64,000 bases of DNA from Ranitomeya imitator (taxonomy: Eukaryota), in contig NC_091284.1 in assembly GCF_032444005.1 (NCBI RefSeq), positions 181,102,001 through 181,166,000 of the forward strand. The letters run 5' to 3'. Every line of letters begins with the position of its first letter. The stretch's first letter is position 1. The position numbers and the translations under genes are program-made. Below, in pieces: positions 50,706-62,381 of the stretch. Under the pieces are notes generated by a model. It was not told the origin of the DNA. It was given only the letters and a program-made list of their open reading frames with translations, and searched no databases.

Positions 50706-50983
50706 AGCACTCCCAAAGTTTCATGTGAAAAAAAAAATGGAGATTTAATCGACCCACATCACTGCGCGACGTTTCAGCTCACTGAACCTTTTTCAAGGCT
50801 CGAAAAAGGCTCAGGGAGCCGAAACGTCGAGCAGTGATGTGGGTCGATGAAATCTCCATATTTTTTTCACATGAAACTTTGGGAGTGCTGCCTTCTTTTT
50901 CCTATTTTGTATATATGTTGGATAAATGCTTGGACCATTCTATCCAGGGGGCTAGGCACCCGCTATTGGTGAGCATTGTGCTG

Positions 50984-50986
<3 letters not shown>
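50706..50986. mobile_element. Inverted pair of PLE-end fragments with back-to-back hammerhead-like motifs, followed by (TA)n at 50987-51039
   Basis: About 92-bp arms (50706-50797 and 50799-50889) mirror each other; each arm starts UYGAAAAA-stem II-GAAACGUC. Confidence 0.65.
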
Positions 50987-51042
<56 letters not shown>

Positions 51043-51303
51043 GATTATAATGCATTTGGTATTGTACAGTATGCATGTCCACTTTGCATATTGCCCACCC
51101 ACATAGTATTTTGCCCATCCAGAGAGCCACGTAGTATGGAGACAAATTTGAAAAATATATATATTTTATTTGTTTTCACATGACATTTTCATGTGGCACA
51201 AGGATTAATTACCGGGCGTCAGGCCAATGACTGCAGGGCAGTAGGCAGAGTGGATTATGGACGTTATAAAACTGAAGTCTATAGTGTTTTCAAGACAAGA
51301 TCC

Positions 51304-52684
51304 CTACAAATTTTGATAGTAGGTGCCCATCTCGCTGTACCGGTCCGTGGACGTAGGAGGTCCTTGTGAAAAGTCTGCAAAAGAAGGAGGTGCAGGTGGT
51401 GTCCAGAACTGAGAATGATGTGGGCCTGGTCTGCGGACAGGAGTGCTGTGCATGGGCTCCTGTGGTGGTCCCAAATAAAACTGGCTACTGGGCTGACGCT
51501 CAGTGATGTTCAACATAGATGTGTCGCTCAGTTTTCCAGCGGCTGCCGCGTTCAGAACGTCAAACATCAATCGCTCCGCGTGAGATCGTTGGGTAACGTC
51601 CAATTTTTTTAACCGTTCCTCAACCAAGGTTGGGAATGCGGAGAGCTGGGTTGCCGCATGCTTGGACAAGATGTTGTTAGCCATTGCCAGGAGATCCACA
51701 GGTGTCCCCGCTGTCGACTTTCTTTTGCGAGATGGCCGCTGTCGACGTCTCTGATCCTCGAGACACGGGCTTCTGGAGGACTGATGGGACTGGACATCGT
51801 TCCCTTCTGGTCTTTCCCGCTGTTGAAGAGGCACCTGCGATTCAAGCAAAAAGAAAAAAAAATTAAAAGTCAATAACATACAAACAACTCAGCCTAGAGC
51901 CCCACCTCTCCAACACCTCTATTCCTGTTCATGGGAAGCTATGAGGAACTAGGTAGCAAACCACAGGGGTTACAGAGCTTTCAGAGCTGGGCTGAACTAC
52001 ATTGGGCAGCAATACTGTATGTACAAATGTGCGGAAGACACAATATGTTAATGTATTTATCTTTATGTTATAGACTTTTGAAATTATTAAAAATGCATTT
52101 AAAGGAGGGGGGAGTACTGTTTGGACATACTTCTCAGAACAGGAAGTGACAACTGTTATTAACAGGGGGATTAAACATGAAAAATGTGAATCATTATTAT
52201 TGGAAACCATGCAGTCTCATAAACCTACAAGACACACGGCATGCTACTAGAAGGGAAGCTAGGGGGTACTTACATGCTCGTCCGGAGACTCGGGCAGGTT
52301 CTCTTCAGGCGATGGTGCACATATGCTTGTGACAGTCTGGCACGGACGAGGAATTTCCTGGTCCCGAGTGAACGCCAGCAGGTCATAGTACCACAACTTG
52401 GGCACATAGACGTCGTCAGTTCCGGCCCCAGACTTCAGCGACTTTTCCACCTTGTTCAACTCTTTTTTGTAGACTGTGCGGAGAGCCTGGATTTTTTTAC
52501 GCACAATGTGTTCATCCACCGTCTCAGTGGGATGATGCTCCTTGTAGATGGCCACCAGCTTCTCATACGCATCTTTCTTTTTGTAGCGGTTGCTGTAATC
52601 CGCCGACTTTATCTTCCACAAGCAGGGCAGGGAGCGGTACATCTCTATGAGTGCCCGAACACAGTCTTGTTCATTGGCAGACAT
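51304..52684 (-). CDS. Two-exon MADF-domain DNA-binding protein with BESS-like C-terminal motif, 313 aa (copy A)
   Basis: Exon 1 52274-52684 (LIEMYRSLPCLW...YSNRYKKKDAYEKL...KIQALRTVYKKE...PKLWYY); phase-0 GT-AG intron; exon 2 51304-51834. Confidence 0.88.
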
Positions 52685-52929
52685 CTAAAAAAAGAATAAA
52701 AACATGAAGCAACATCAAGCAAGAAAGTTGTGGCCCCTGTGCCTTTCCTAATGTGAGCAGCCTTCTCTTGTATGGGATGGGCCGTGCGCTCTTTCCTTTT
52801 GGTAGCCACCATTTTAGTGATGGAATGGTTCGTATGTTTTTTTTATAATATTAATACCAATTTTGGGGCTTGAAAATGGCAGATTAAAAAAAAAAAAAAA
52901 AAATTACCATGAAAGATTTAATAAGAACG

Positions 52930-53200
52930 CTGATGAGTTCAAAATCTCCAACCAGGTCGCTCACAAGAAGCTAGAGAACGATGTAAAGGTCTCGATTTAC
53001 AACCACGACGCTCACGAGATGTTAAATCAATACGGATCAGAATTCCAGATTTCAAAACAAGACGCTCACGAGAGGTTATAAAACAAAGACGCTGCAAAGA
53101 TCTTGATTTCCAACCAGAACGCTTACGAGATGGAGAATGAACACGATGCAGAGTTGTGGATTTCCAACCTATTGCAAGATGCTCGTAGTTGAAGTACGCA
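52930..53200. repeat. Degenerate tandem repeat, unit about 55 bp (5 units)
   Basis: ATTTC(C/A)AACCAGGACGCTCACGAGA-like motif recurring; translates as ISNQDAHE-like repeats. Confidence 0.65.
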
Positions 53201-53329
53201 CAAGTGATTGAACAGTTGACTCAAGCTTTTTATATCGGAACCTTGCTATAGAACCTACCTATAGATGATCCCGCTGTGGCCTATCACAGTTCACAGGGAG
53301 ACATCACACCCACTCCATTGTATAACGTT

Positions 53330-53990
53330 ATGGCGTCACCATTTTTTTTTTATTAAATAAAGTAAAAGCCTTTTTTTGTAATGGCTGTTGTAATCCCCAT
53401 GTAGGCTGTTGCGACAGATGGCATCTCCTTTTGTAAAGTCATGTTATGGCGTCACCTTTTTTAATGTCATTATGTCCTCCCCTTTGTCATTGTAATGTAT
53501 TATAAAGACCCCCTTTATTTATAATGTAGACACCACATCACAGACTATTGCGACACATGGCATCTCCTTTGTAAAGTCATGTCCTGAGGTCACTTTTTTA
53601 ATGTTATAATGTAATGTAAAGGCGTCTCCTTTTGTAATTGTTATGTATTGTAAAGACCTCTTTTATGGAATGTACACACCACCTCCCAGGCTTTATCAGG
53701 ACAGAGGGAGTCACCTTTTGTAATAGCGTATCCTTTTTTTTATTTTAGGTAATACTTTATCACTTGGCGGTCCCCTATCCTTTGTAATTGCATATTTTAA
53801 TATTAATATATTAATATATATTAATATATTGTATTAATCAGGCGATATGTATTGGACCTAGGCTATCATAGTATGGGAAGTTTATGTGATCGTGGTAAAT
53901 TGATATTTTCCAAGAAAACGTTTAAAATTTAAATCTATTACGGGCGTCACTGCAATGTATTGTAAAGGCGTCTCCTTTTTAATGTACAAC
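53330..53990. repeat. Subterminal repeated motif GGC(G/A)TC(A/T)CC in AT-rich spacers
   Basis: At least 7 copies visible, mirrored at about 54526-55186. Confidence 0.7.
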
Positions 53991-55831
53991 GCCTACCTGG
54001 CTAGAGCAAGACGCTGCGACGGCCCCTATGATCGTTGCTGGCGTCGTTGCTTTTGGTGTCAAACACAACGATACACGCCAATCGAACGACAAAATAAAGT
54101 TCTGAACTTTCAGCGCCGACTAGCGACATCACAGCGGGATCCAGATCGCTGCTGCGTGTCAAACACAACGATATCGCTAACGAGGACGCTGTTACGTCAC
54201 AGATCGTTGTCGTTCTCGTTGTAAAATCGTCTAGTGTGACGGTACCTTTACATGGTTCCCAGTACTTAAGGTACCGTCACACTAGACGATTTTACAACGA
54301 GAACGACAACGATCTGTGACGTAACAGCGTCCTCGTTAGCGATATCGTTGTGTTTGACACGCAGCAGCGATCTGGATCCCGCTGTGATGTCGCTAGTCGG
54401 CGCTGAAAGTTCAGAACTTTATTTTGTCGTTCGATTGGCGTGTATCGTTGTGTTTGACACCAAAAGCAACGACGCCAGCAACGATCATAGGGGCCGTCGC
54501 AGCGTCTTGCTCTAGCCAGGTAGGCGTTGTACATTAAAAAGGAGACGCCTTTACAATACATTGCAGTGACGCCCGTAATAGATTTAAATTTTAAACGTTT
54601 TCTTGGAAAATATCAATTTACCACGATCACATAAACTTCCCATACTATGATAGCCTAGGTCCAATACATATCGCCTGATTAATACAATATATTAATATAT
54701 ATTAATATATTAATATTAAAATATGCAATTACAAAGGATAGGGGACCGCCAAGTGATAAAGTATTACCTAAAATAAAAAAAAGGATACGCTATTACAAAA
54801 GGTGACTCCCTCTGTCCTGATAAAGCCTGGGAGGTGGTGTGTACATTCCATAAAAGAGGTCTTTACAATACATAACAATTACAAAAGGAGACGCCTTTAC
54901 ATTACATTATAACATTAAAAAAGTGACCTCAGGACATGACTTTACAAAGGAGATGCCATGTGTCGCAATAGTCTGTGATGTGGTGTCTACATTATAAATA
55001 AAGGGGGTCTTTATAATACATTACAATGACAAAGGGGAGGACATAATGACATTAAAAAAGGTGACGCCATAACATGACTTTACAAAAGGAGATGCCATCT
55101 GTCGCAACAGCCTACATGGGGATTACAACAGCCATTACAAAAAAAGGCTTTTACTTTATTTAATAAAAAAAAAATGGTGACGCCATAACGTTATACAATG
55201 GAGTGGGTGTGATGTCTCCCTGTGAACTGTGATAGGCCACAGCGGGATCATCTATAGGTAGGTTCTATAGCAAGGTTCCGATATAAAAAGCTTGAGTCAA
55301 CTGTTCAATCACTTGTGCGTACTTCAACTACGAGCATCTTGCAATAGGTTGGAAATCCACAACTCTGCATCGTGTTCATTCTCCATCTCGTAAGCGTTCT
55401 GGTTGGAAATCAAGATCTTTGCAGCGTCTTTGTTTTATAACCTCTCGTGAGCGTCTTGTTTTGAAATCTGGAATTCTGATCCGTATTGATTTAACATCTC
55501 GTGAGCGTCGTGGTTGTAAATCGAGACCTTTACATCGTTCTCTAGCTTCTTGTGAGCGACCTGGTTGGAGATTTTGAACTCATCAGCGTTCTTATTAAAT
55601 CTTTCATGGTAATTTTTTTTTTTTTTTTTTAATCTGCCATTTTCAAGCCCCAAAATTGGTATTAATATTATAAAAAAAACATACGAACCATTCCATCACT
55701 AAAATGGTGGCTACCAAAAGGAAAGAGCGCACGGCCCATCCCATACAAGAGAAGGCTGCTCACATTAGGAAAGGCACAGGGGCCACAACTTTCTTGCTTG
55801 ATGTTGCTTCATGTTTTTATTCTTTTTTTAG

Positions 55832-57212
55832 ATGTCTGCCAATGAACAAGACTGTGTTCGGGCACTCATAGAGATGTACCGCTCCCTGCCCTGCTTGTGG
55901 AAGATAAAGTCGGCGGATTACAGCAACCGCTACAAAAAGAAAGATGCGTATGAGAAGCTGGTGGCCATCTACAAGGAGCATCATCCCACTGAGACGGTGG
56001 ATGAACACATTGTGCGTAAAAAAATCCAGGCTCTCCGCACAGTCTACAAAAAAGAGTTGAACAAGGTGGAAAAGTCGCTGAAGTCTGGGGCCGGAACTGA
56101 CGACGTCTATGTGCCCAAGTTGTGGTACTATGACCTGCTGGCGTTCACTCGGGACCAGGAAATTCCTCGTCCGTGCCAGACTGTCACAAGCATATGTGCA
56201 CCATCGCCTGAAGAGAACCTGCCCGAGTCTCCGGACGAGCATGTAAGTACCCCCTAGCTTCCCTTCTAGTAGCATGCCGTGTGTCTTGTAGGTTTATGAG
56301 ACTGCATGGTTTCCAATAATAATGATTCACATTTTTCATGTTTAATCCCCCTGTTAATAACAGTTGTCACTTCCTGTTCTGAGAAGTATGTCCAAACAGT
56401 ACTCCCCCCTCCTTTAAATGCATTTTTAATAATTTCAAAAGTCTATAACATAAAGATAAATACATTAACATATTGTGTCTTCCGCACATTTGTACATACA
56501 GTATTGCTGCCCAATGTAGTTCAGCCCAGCTCTGAAAGCTCTGTAACCCCTGTGGTTTGCTACCTAGTTCCTCATAGCTTCCCATGAACAGGAATAGAGG
56601 TGTTGGAGAGGTGGGGCTCTAGGCTGAGTTGTTTGTATGTTATTGACTTTTAATTTTTTTTTCTTTTTGCTTGAATCGCAGGTGCCTCTTCAACAGCGGG
56701 AAAGACCAGAAGGGAACGATGTCCAGTCCCATCAGTCCTCCAGAAGCCCGTGTCTCGAGGATCAGAGACGTCGACAGCGGCCATCTCGCAAAAGAAAGTC
56801 GACAGCGGGGACACCTGTGGATCTCCTGGCAATGGCTAACAACATCTTGTCCAAGCATGCGGCAACCCAGCTCTCCGCATTCCCAACCTTGGTTGAGGAA
56901 CGGTTAAAAAAATTGGACGTTACCCAACGATCTCACGCGGAGCGATTGATGTTTGACGTTCTGAACGCGGCAGCCGCTGGAAAACTGAGCGACACATCTA
57001 TGTTGAACATCACTGAGCGTCAGCCCAGTAGCCAGTTTTATTTGGGACCACCACAGGAGCCCATGCACAGCACTCCTGTCCGCAGACCAGGCCCACATCA
57101 TTCTCAGTTCTGGACACCACCTGCACCTCCTTCTTTTGCAGACTTTTCACAAGGACCTCCTACGTCCACGGACCGGTACAGCGAGATGGGCACCTACTAT
57201 CAAAATTTGTAG
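55832..57212 (+). CDS. Two-exon MADF/BESS-like protein (copy B)
   Basis: Exons 55832-56242 and 56682-57212; CAT|GTAAGT donor and CGCAG|GTG acceptor. Confidence 0.88.
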
Positions 57213-57473
57213 GGATCTTGTCTTGAAAACACTATAGACTTCAGTTTTATAACGTCCATAATCCACTCTGCCTACTGCCCTGCAGTCATTGGCCTGACGC
57301 CCGGTAATTAATCCTTGTGCCACATGAAAATGTCATGTGAAAACAAATAAAATATATATATTTTTCAAATTTGTCTCCATACTACGTGGCTCTCTGGATG
57401 GGCAAAATACTATGTGGGTGGGCAATATGCAAAGTGGACATGCATACTGTACAATACCAAATGCATTATAATC

Positions 57474-57553
<80 letters not shown>

Positions 57554-57556
<3 letters not shown>

Positions 57557-57834
57557 CAGCACAATGCTCACCAATAGCGGGTGCCTAGCCCCCTGGATAG
57601 AATGGTCCAAGCATTTATCCAACATATATACAAAATAGGAAAAAGAAGGCAGCACTCCCAAAGTTTCATGTGAAAAAAATATGGAGATTTCATCGACCCA
57701 CATCACTGCTCGACGTTTCGGCTCCCTGAGCCTTTTTCGAGCCTTGAAAAAGGTTCAGTGAGCTGAAACGTCGCGCAGTGATGTGGGTCGATTAAATCTC
57801 CATTTTTTTTTTCACATGAAACTTTGGGAGTGCT
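57554..57834. mobile_element. Inverted PLE-end pair with hammerhead-like motifs (copy B); (TA)n at 57477-57553
   Basis: Mirror of 50706-50986. Confidence 0.65.
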
Positions 57835-57980
57835 NNNNNNNNNNNNNNNNNNNNNNNNNNNNNNNNNNNNNNNNNNNNNNNNNNNNNNNNNNNNNNNNNN
57901 NNNNNNNNNNNNNNNNNNNNNNNNNNNNNNNNNNNNNNNNNNNNNNNNNNNNNNNNNNNNNNNNNNNNNNNNNNNNNNNN
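57835..57980. other. Run of 146 N
   Basis: Seen directly. Confidence 0.99.
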
Positions 57981-58223
57981 GAGGTTGTTGATTCCCATGG
58001 TTCATATGTTTGATACAGAAGTAGAGTATTTTCATAGTTCAATATTTTAATTGGAATGGAATAAAAAGAACAAGACAATGTACATAAATCAATATATCGT
58101 TATGTTGACATTGTTACTTGACAAAGAAATTGGTTGGGTTCTAAAAAGAATGGTACACGAGAGCGGATGAACAAAAACAAATGTAATCCCTAATAAATGG
58201 TAAAAGATATGCCGACAGTTGCG

Positions 58224-59483
58224 CTACAATTGTTGGTGCTGCCATGAGACAGCCCCTGGACCATTGAAAAAGTCACAGTATTTTTCCCTGCAATTTGTCG
58301 CGTCATCATTGTTCCTTCCGGATCCCAGACTTTCCAGGCCAGAAACCCTGTGCTCATCTAGACGCCATTCTCCCTGGGTTATATCCCCGTTTGCAGGGTC
58401 AACAGAGTCTACATACTGTGGAGGGCTGTATGCAGTGGCATCACGGCGGCGCAAAAAGTTGTGGAGGACGCAACAAGCAAGAACCACAGAGTCTATAGAC
58501 GATAGTTTCATGTTCATTGCAGTGTGGAAAACACGAAATCGGTTTGCCATGATTCCAAACGCATTCTCCACAACGCGTCTAGCTCTCGAAAGCCGGTAAT
58601 TAAATATGCGCCGCTCAGGTGTCAGAGTTTTCTGGGAGAATGGCTTCAAAAGGTTGGGATGCAGTGGGAACGCCTCATCTCCGACAAACACAAAGTTCAT
58701 GTTTTCAGTAGTGTCACTGTTGGGAGGCAAGGCCAGTTTGTTTTCTTTCAAGCGGTCCCCAAAATCGGTTAGCTCCAAAACTCCGCCATCAGATAATCTC
58801 CCGTTAATCCCTACAGACACACTTACAAATTCGTAGTTCGCATTAACGAGGGCCATCAGAATTACGCTGAAATAACCCTTATAGTTATAATAAAAGGAGC
58901 CGGAGTGTGGTGGTTGGGTGATGCGGACATGTTTCCCATCCAAGGCACCCCCGCAATTAGGGAACTGCCATTGCTCATGAAATCCCCTTGAAATCTCTTT
59001 CCAATCATCCGGGGTCTCTGGGAAAGGCATGTAATTTTGGTGTAAAGCAGAGATAATTGCTTTACATGTCTCCGGAATTATGACGCTGAGTAGGGTTCGG
59101 GAAATCGCAGCGCAGTAATGCAAGTCTTGCATAGACCTTCCAGTCGCCAGGAACCGGAGCGTAACAGCCAGTCTCTCATCCACAGGGACAGCAGCTCGCA
59201 TCCTTGTATTTTGCCGCCTAATATAAGGTTCCACAGCTTCAAGTAGGAAATTAAATGAATCCTCGGACATTCTCAGGTAGTTCTTGAAATCATGCGGGTT
59301 GTTCTCCTTCAGTTCCCTGATTAGGCCCATGTGGGACAATTGATTCCTCTTCTGCAGCCACTGTCTGGTCCACATGCGGCGCTGTCGCTTTGCACGATTG
59401 TTTCGCGCTTCAGCCTCCAGCTGGTTCTGAGCTTCTAACAGCAATGCAGCCGCTACAATCGCAGGTACATCCGAAAGAGACAT
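58224..59483 (-). CDS. Harbinger transposase (copy B), intact
   Basis: Protein identical to copy A; one synonymous difference seen (CCG at 49531-49533 vs CCA, position 59019). Confidence 0.95.
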   Translation of the reverse strand: MSLSDVPAIVAAALLLEAQNQLEAEARNNRAKRQRRMWTRQWLQKRNQLSHMGLIRELKENNPHDFKNYLRMSEDSFNFLLEAVEPYIRRQNTRMRAAVPVDERLAVTLRFLATGRSMQDLHYCAAISRTLLSVIIPETCKAIISALHQNYMPFPETPDDWKEISRGFHEQWQFPNCGGALDGKHVRITQPPHSGSFYYNYKGYFSVILMALVNANYEFVSVSVGINGRLSDGGVLELTDFGDRLKENKLALPPNSDTTENMNFVFVGDEAFPLHPNLLKPFSQKTLTPERRIFNYRLSRARRVVENAFGIMANRFRVFHTAMNMKLSSIDSVVLACCVLHNFLRRRDATAYSPPQYVDSVDPANGDITQGEWRLDEHRVSGLESLGSGRNNDDATNCREKYCDFFNGPGAVSWQHQQL

Positions 59484-60170
59484 GGCAACCTGAAAAAGCA
59501 CAATAAAAAATAATTATTACATATGATTTGCTAAAGTGACACAAGACAACCAATACTGTTAAATAGTGTTCACACATCTTTTTTTTTTTTTTTTTTTGTT
59601 ATAAGGCAAAGTTCACATTAGCGTTTTGTTCGGTGCAGCCACGGCAATGCATGTGCCACTATATTTTACCTAGGGGCCTGAAATAACATGTGTTGCCCTA
59701 TCGTTTTGTGAATCATGCGTCAGGACACAGAGGACGATGCATGATGTTTTTTTTCTGACCCTAAAACCATGGAAAAGTTAATGCATGGGTCACAAAAAGC
59801 GGCGTTGGGCATGTGCTCACATATCTGTTCAGCGTTGCATCTCAGACGCTGCCCTGTTCTACAGAAATGTGAACATAGGATTTAATGGAAATTTATATTT
59901 ACATGTGTAATAAGCAGCGTTTAACACTACAGCTGCACCTCATTAACATCCCAAAATTACGATACAAGCTACTACAAAACTGAAAGCAAGACAATAAACG
60001 CTGTGACTTGGTAACGGGAACGCCAAAAAAAAAAAAAGGATGTCTGGAGCCGGCGTCACAAACGCGACGCTGTGCATAATCAGAGACGCTATAGCGATGC
60101 CGATCGCGCCGCAGCTAGGACCTCCTCTGGGCGTGGTTAGGCGGTGCCGTACAGCGTCTATCTTTAGAAA

Positions 60171-62381
60171 ATGGCGGCGAGACAGCGCTGTGCTCCTCTG
60201 GGGCAGGCCGAGGTGCGTTTTTTTGTGGACAGAATGGATGCCCTCGACTATGAGGGACGGAGGAGCCGGCCTGCCCACCCAAATTTGCACAAGAATGCAG
60301 TGCTGGGCCGCATTGCAGAAATGATGGAGAGGAGGTTTAGCATCCGGCGCAGTGCGCTGCAACTGCGCAAGAAGTGGGCCGACCTGCGCTATAAGCAGCC
60401 ACTCCATCTGGCACACTTGCGAGCGGAGGCAAAGCAAGGCAAGTATCAGAATGGTGGAATTGGAAGACGCACGGTACCGAGCGGGGGGAAATGGGAGACT
60501 CGTGCCCGTGGTTGCCAACTTGTCCGGGACTTACGAGGACAAAAATTTAATATTTTCTTTTCAAATTTCTATAGTGTCCAAGCGCAAAAATGCGTTGTCG
60601 CGTAAAAATTGGTCAGGTCATGAATTCCATAATCTCCACCCCCCATATTTAATTTATACGGATGTCCGCAATTGTAATCCCGATTGGCCTGAAATCATTA
60701 CGTGGAGGTTGGCAACCCTGCTCGCACTGCCAGTAGGGGGAAACAGGAGACGTGCACTGCCGTGAGGTGCTTCCTATGTTCTATATATGTAATTACATTT
60801 AGCTTGTCAAAATTGATTTTTACTCCTTCCCGCAAATGGCCTCTTTTTTTTTTTTTTTTTCTACAGCTCTGTACTTTTGTTGTCTAAACATGGCGATTTC
60901 TTTTTTTTAATTTTTTTGTGTAGAGAGACGCCGCCGGCACCAGAGGGCACTGGCCTCCACCACAGCGGCCAGCAGCAGGCCACAGCCTGGACCGTCACGT
61001 AAGTTATCCATCATTCATTTCAATTTTATAACTGCATATGGGACTTTACAGGGGAGCAGAAATATAGAATACATTACAGATGCTGCCGAATTTCGATAGG
61101 CTCCTAACTTTTGCTGTCAATGTTGTCTAGTTTTATTGTGATGTCTACAGCTCTGTACTTTTGTTGTCTAAACATGGCGATTTCTTTTTTTTATATTTTT
61201 GTGTAGAAAGACGCCGCCGGCACCAGAGGGCACTGGCCTCCACCACAGCGGCCAGCAGCAGCCCACAGCCTGGACCGTCACGTAAGTTATCCATCATTCA
61301 TTTCAATTTTATAACTGCATATGGGACTTTACAGGGGAGCAGAAATATAGAATACATTACAGATGCTGCCGAATTTCGATAGGCTCCTAACTTTTGCTGT
61401 CAATGTTGTCTAGTTTTATTGTGATGTCTACAGCTCTGTACTTTTGTTGTCTAAACATGGCGATTTTTTTTTTTTATATTTTTGTGTAGAAAGACGCCGC
61501 CGGCACCAGAGGGCACTGACCTCCACCACAGCGGCCAGCAGCAGCCCACAAGCTGGACCGTCACGTAAGTTATCCATCATTCATTTCAGGCTCCTAACTT
61601 TTGCTGTCAATATTGTCTAGTTTTATTGTGATGTCTACAGCTCTGTACTTTTGTTGTCTAAACATGGTGTTTCTTTTATTTTTGTGTAGAGAGACGCCGC
61701 CGGCTACAGAGGGTACTATCCTCCCCCACATCTTCCAGCAGCAGCAGCAGCAGCCCACAAGCTGGACCGTCACGTAAGTTATCCATCATTCATTTCAAAA
61801 TTATAACGGCATATGGGACATAAGAGGTGAGCTGAAATATTGTATACATTACAGATGCAGTAACCCCACCGCAGTCCACTACTCCGCCCTTCCGCTACCC
61901 ATCTTCCTCCCCCGGCTCGGCATCATTCTCCCCAGAGGCGAGCATTCGTAAGTGACGATAAACTGCGAGCGGTTCCCCACAGCGAGTTCAATTGTTAAAC
62001 AGATATGATTTTGATTACTTTTAGCTCCGGGAACTCTGGCCCGAGACAGGGGATGGGTGGTCAGCAGCTCCAGTGATGGACAACAGGCGTCCCTTCTCCG
62101 TAAGTATACAGACAGTGGGAGGGGTTATCGGTGGGATGTCACATTTGACAGCGACTAATAAAATGCAACCAATAAAAAAAAGACCTCTGGGACAGGACAA
62201 AAAAAAAAGACTTTTATTCTATCTTCGATCTACAGAACCGGACACTGTGAGAGAGCTGCTGGCCAAACAAGAGGGACTGGAGCGGACAGTAGCGCTCTTG
62301 GAGCGCACAGTAGTGCTGCTGCAGCATCAAGTGCAGCAACATGGACGCACGCTGCGACACCTTTTGGCGCGCGGGCGTTAA
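60171..62381 (+). CDS. Predicted 8-exon Myb/SANT-like + coiled-coil protein (copy B)
   Basis: Exons 60171-60438, 60924-60998, 61207-61281, 61490-61564, 61690-61773, 61855-61947, 62025-62099, 62236-62381; 891 nt, one open frame; first donor AG|GCAAGT, all others GTAAGT. Confidence 0.72.

Larger units (their letters stand above)
45274..54247 (+). mobile_element. Autonomous-looking PIF/Harbinger transposon, copy A (about 9 kb)
   Basis: 46-bp perfect TIR AGGTACCGTCACACTAGACGATTTTACAACGAGAACGACAACGATC; TTA TSD at 45271-45273 and 54248-54250; intact transposase and DNA-binding genes. Confidence 0.95.

Noticed and set aside
50474-51145. ORFs with X or IYIYIY runs
   Set aside because: Artefacts of the N run and the (TA)n microsatellite
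52241-52699. 152-aa ORF (mirror 55817-56275)
   Set aside because: Antisense shadow of the MADF exon
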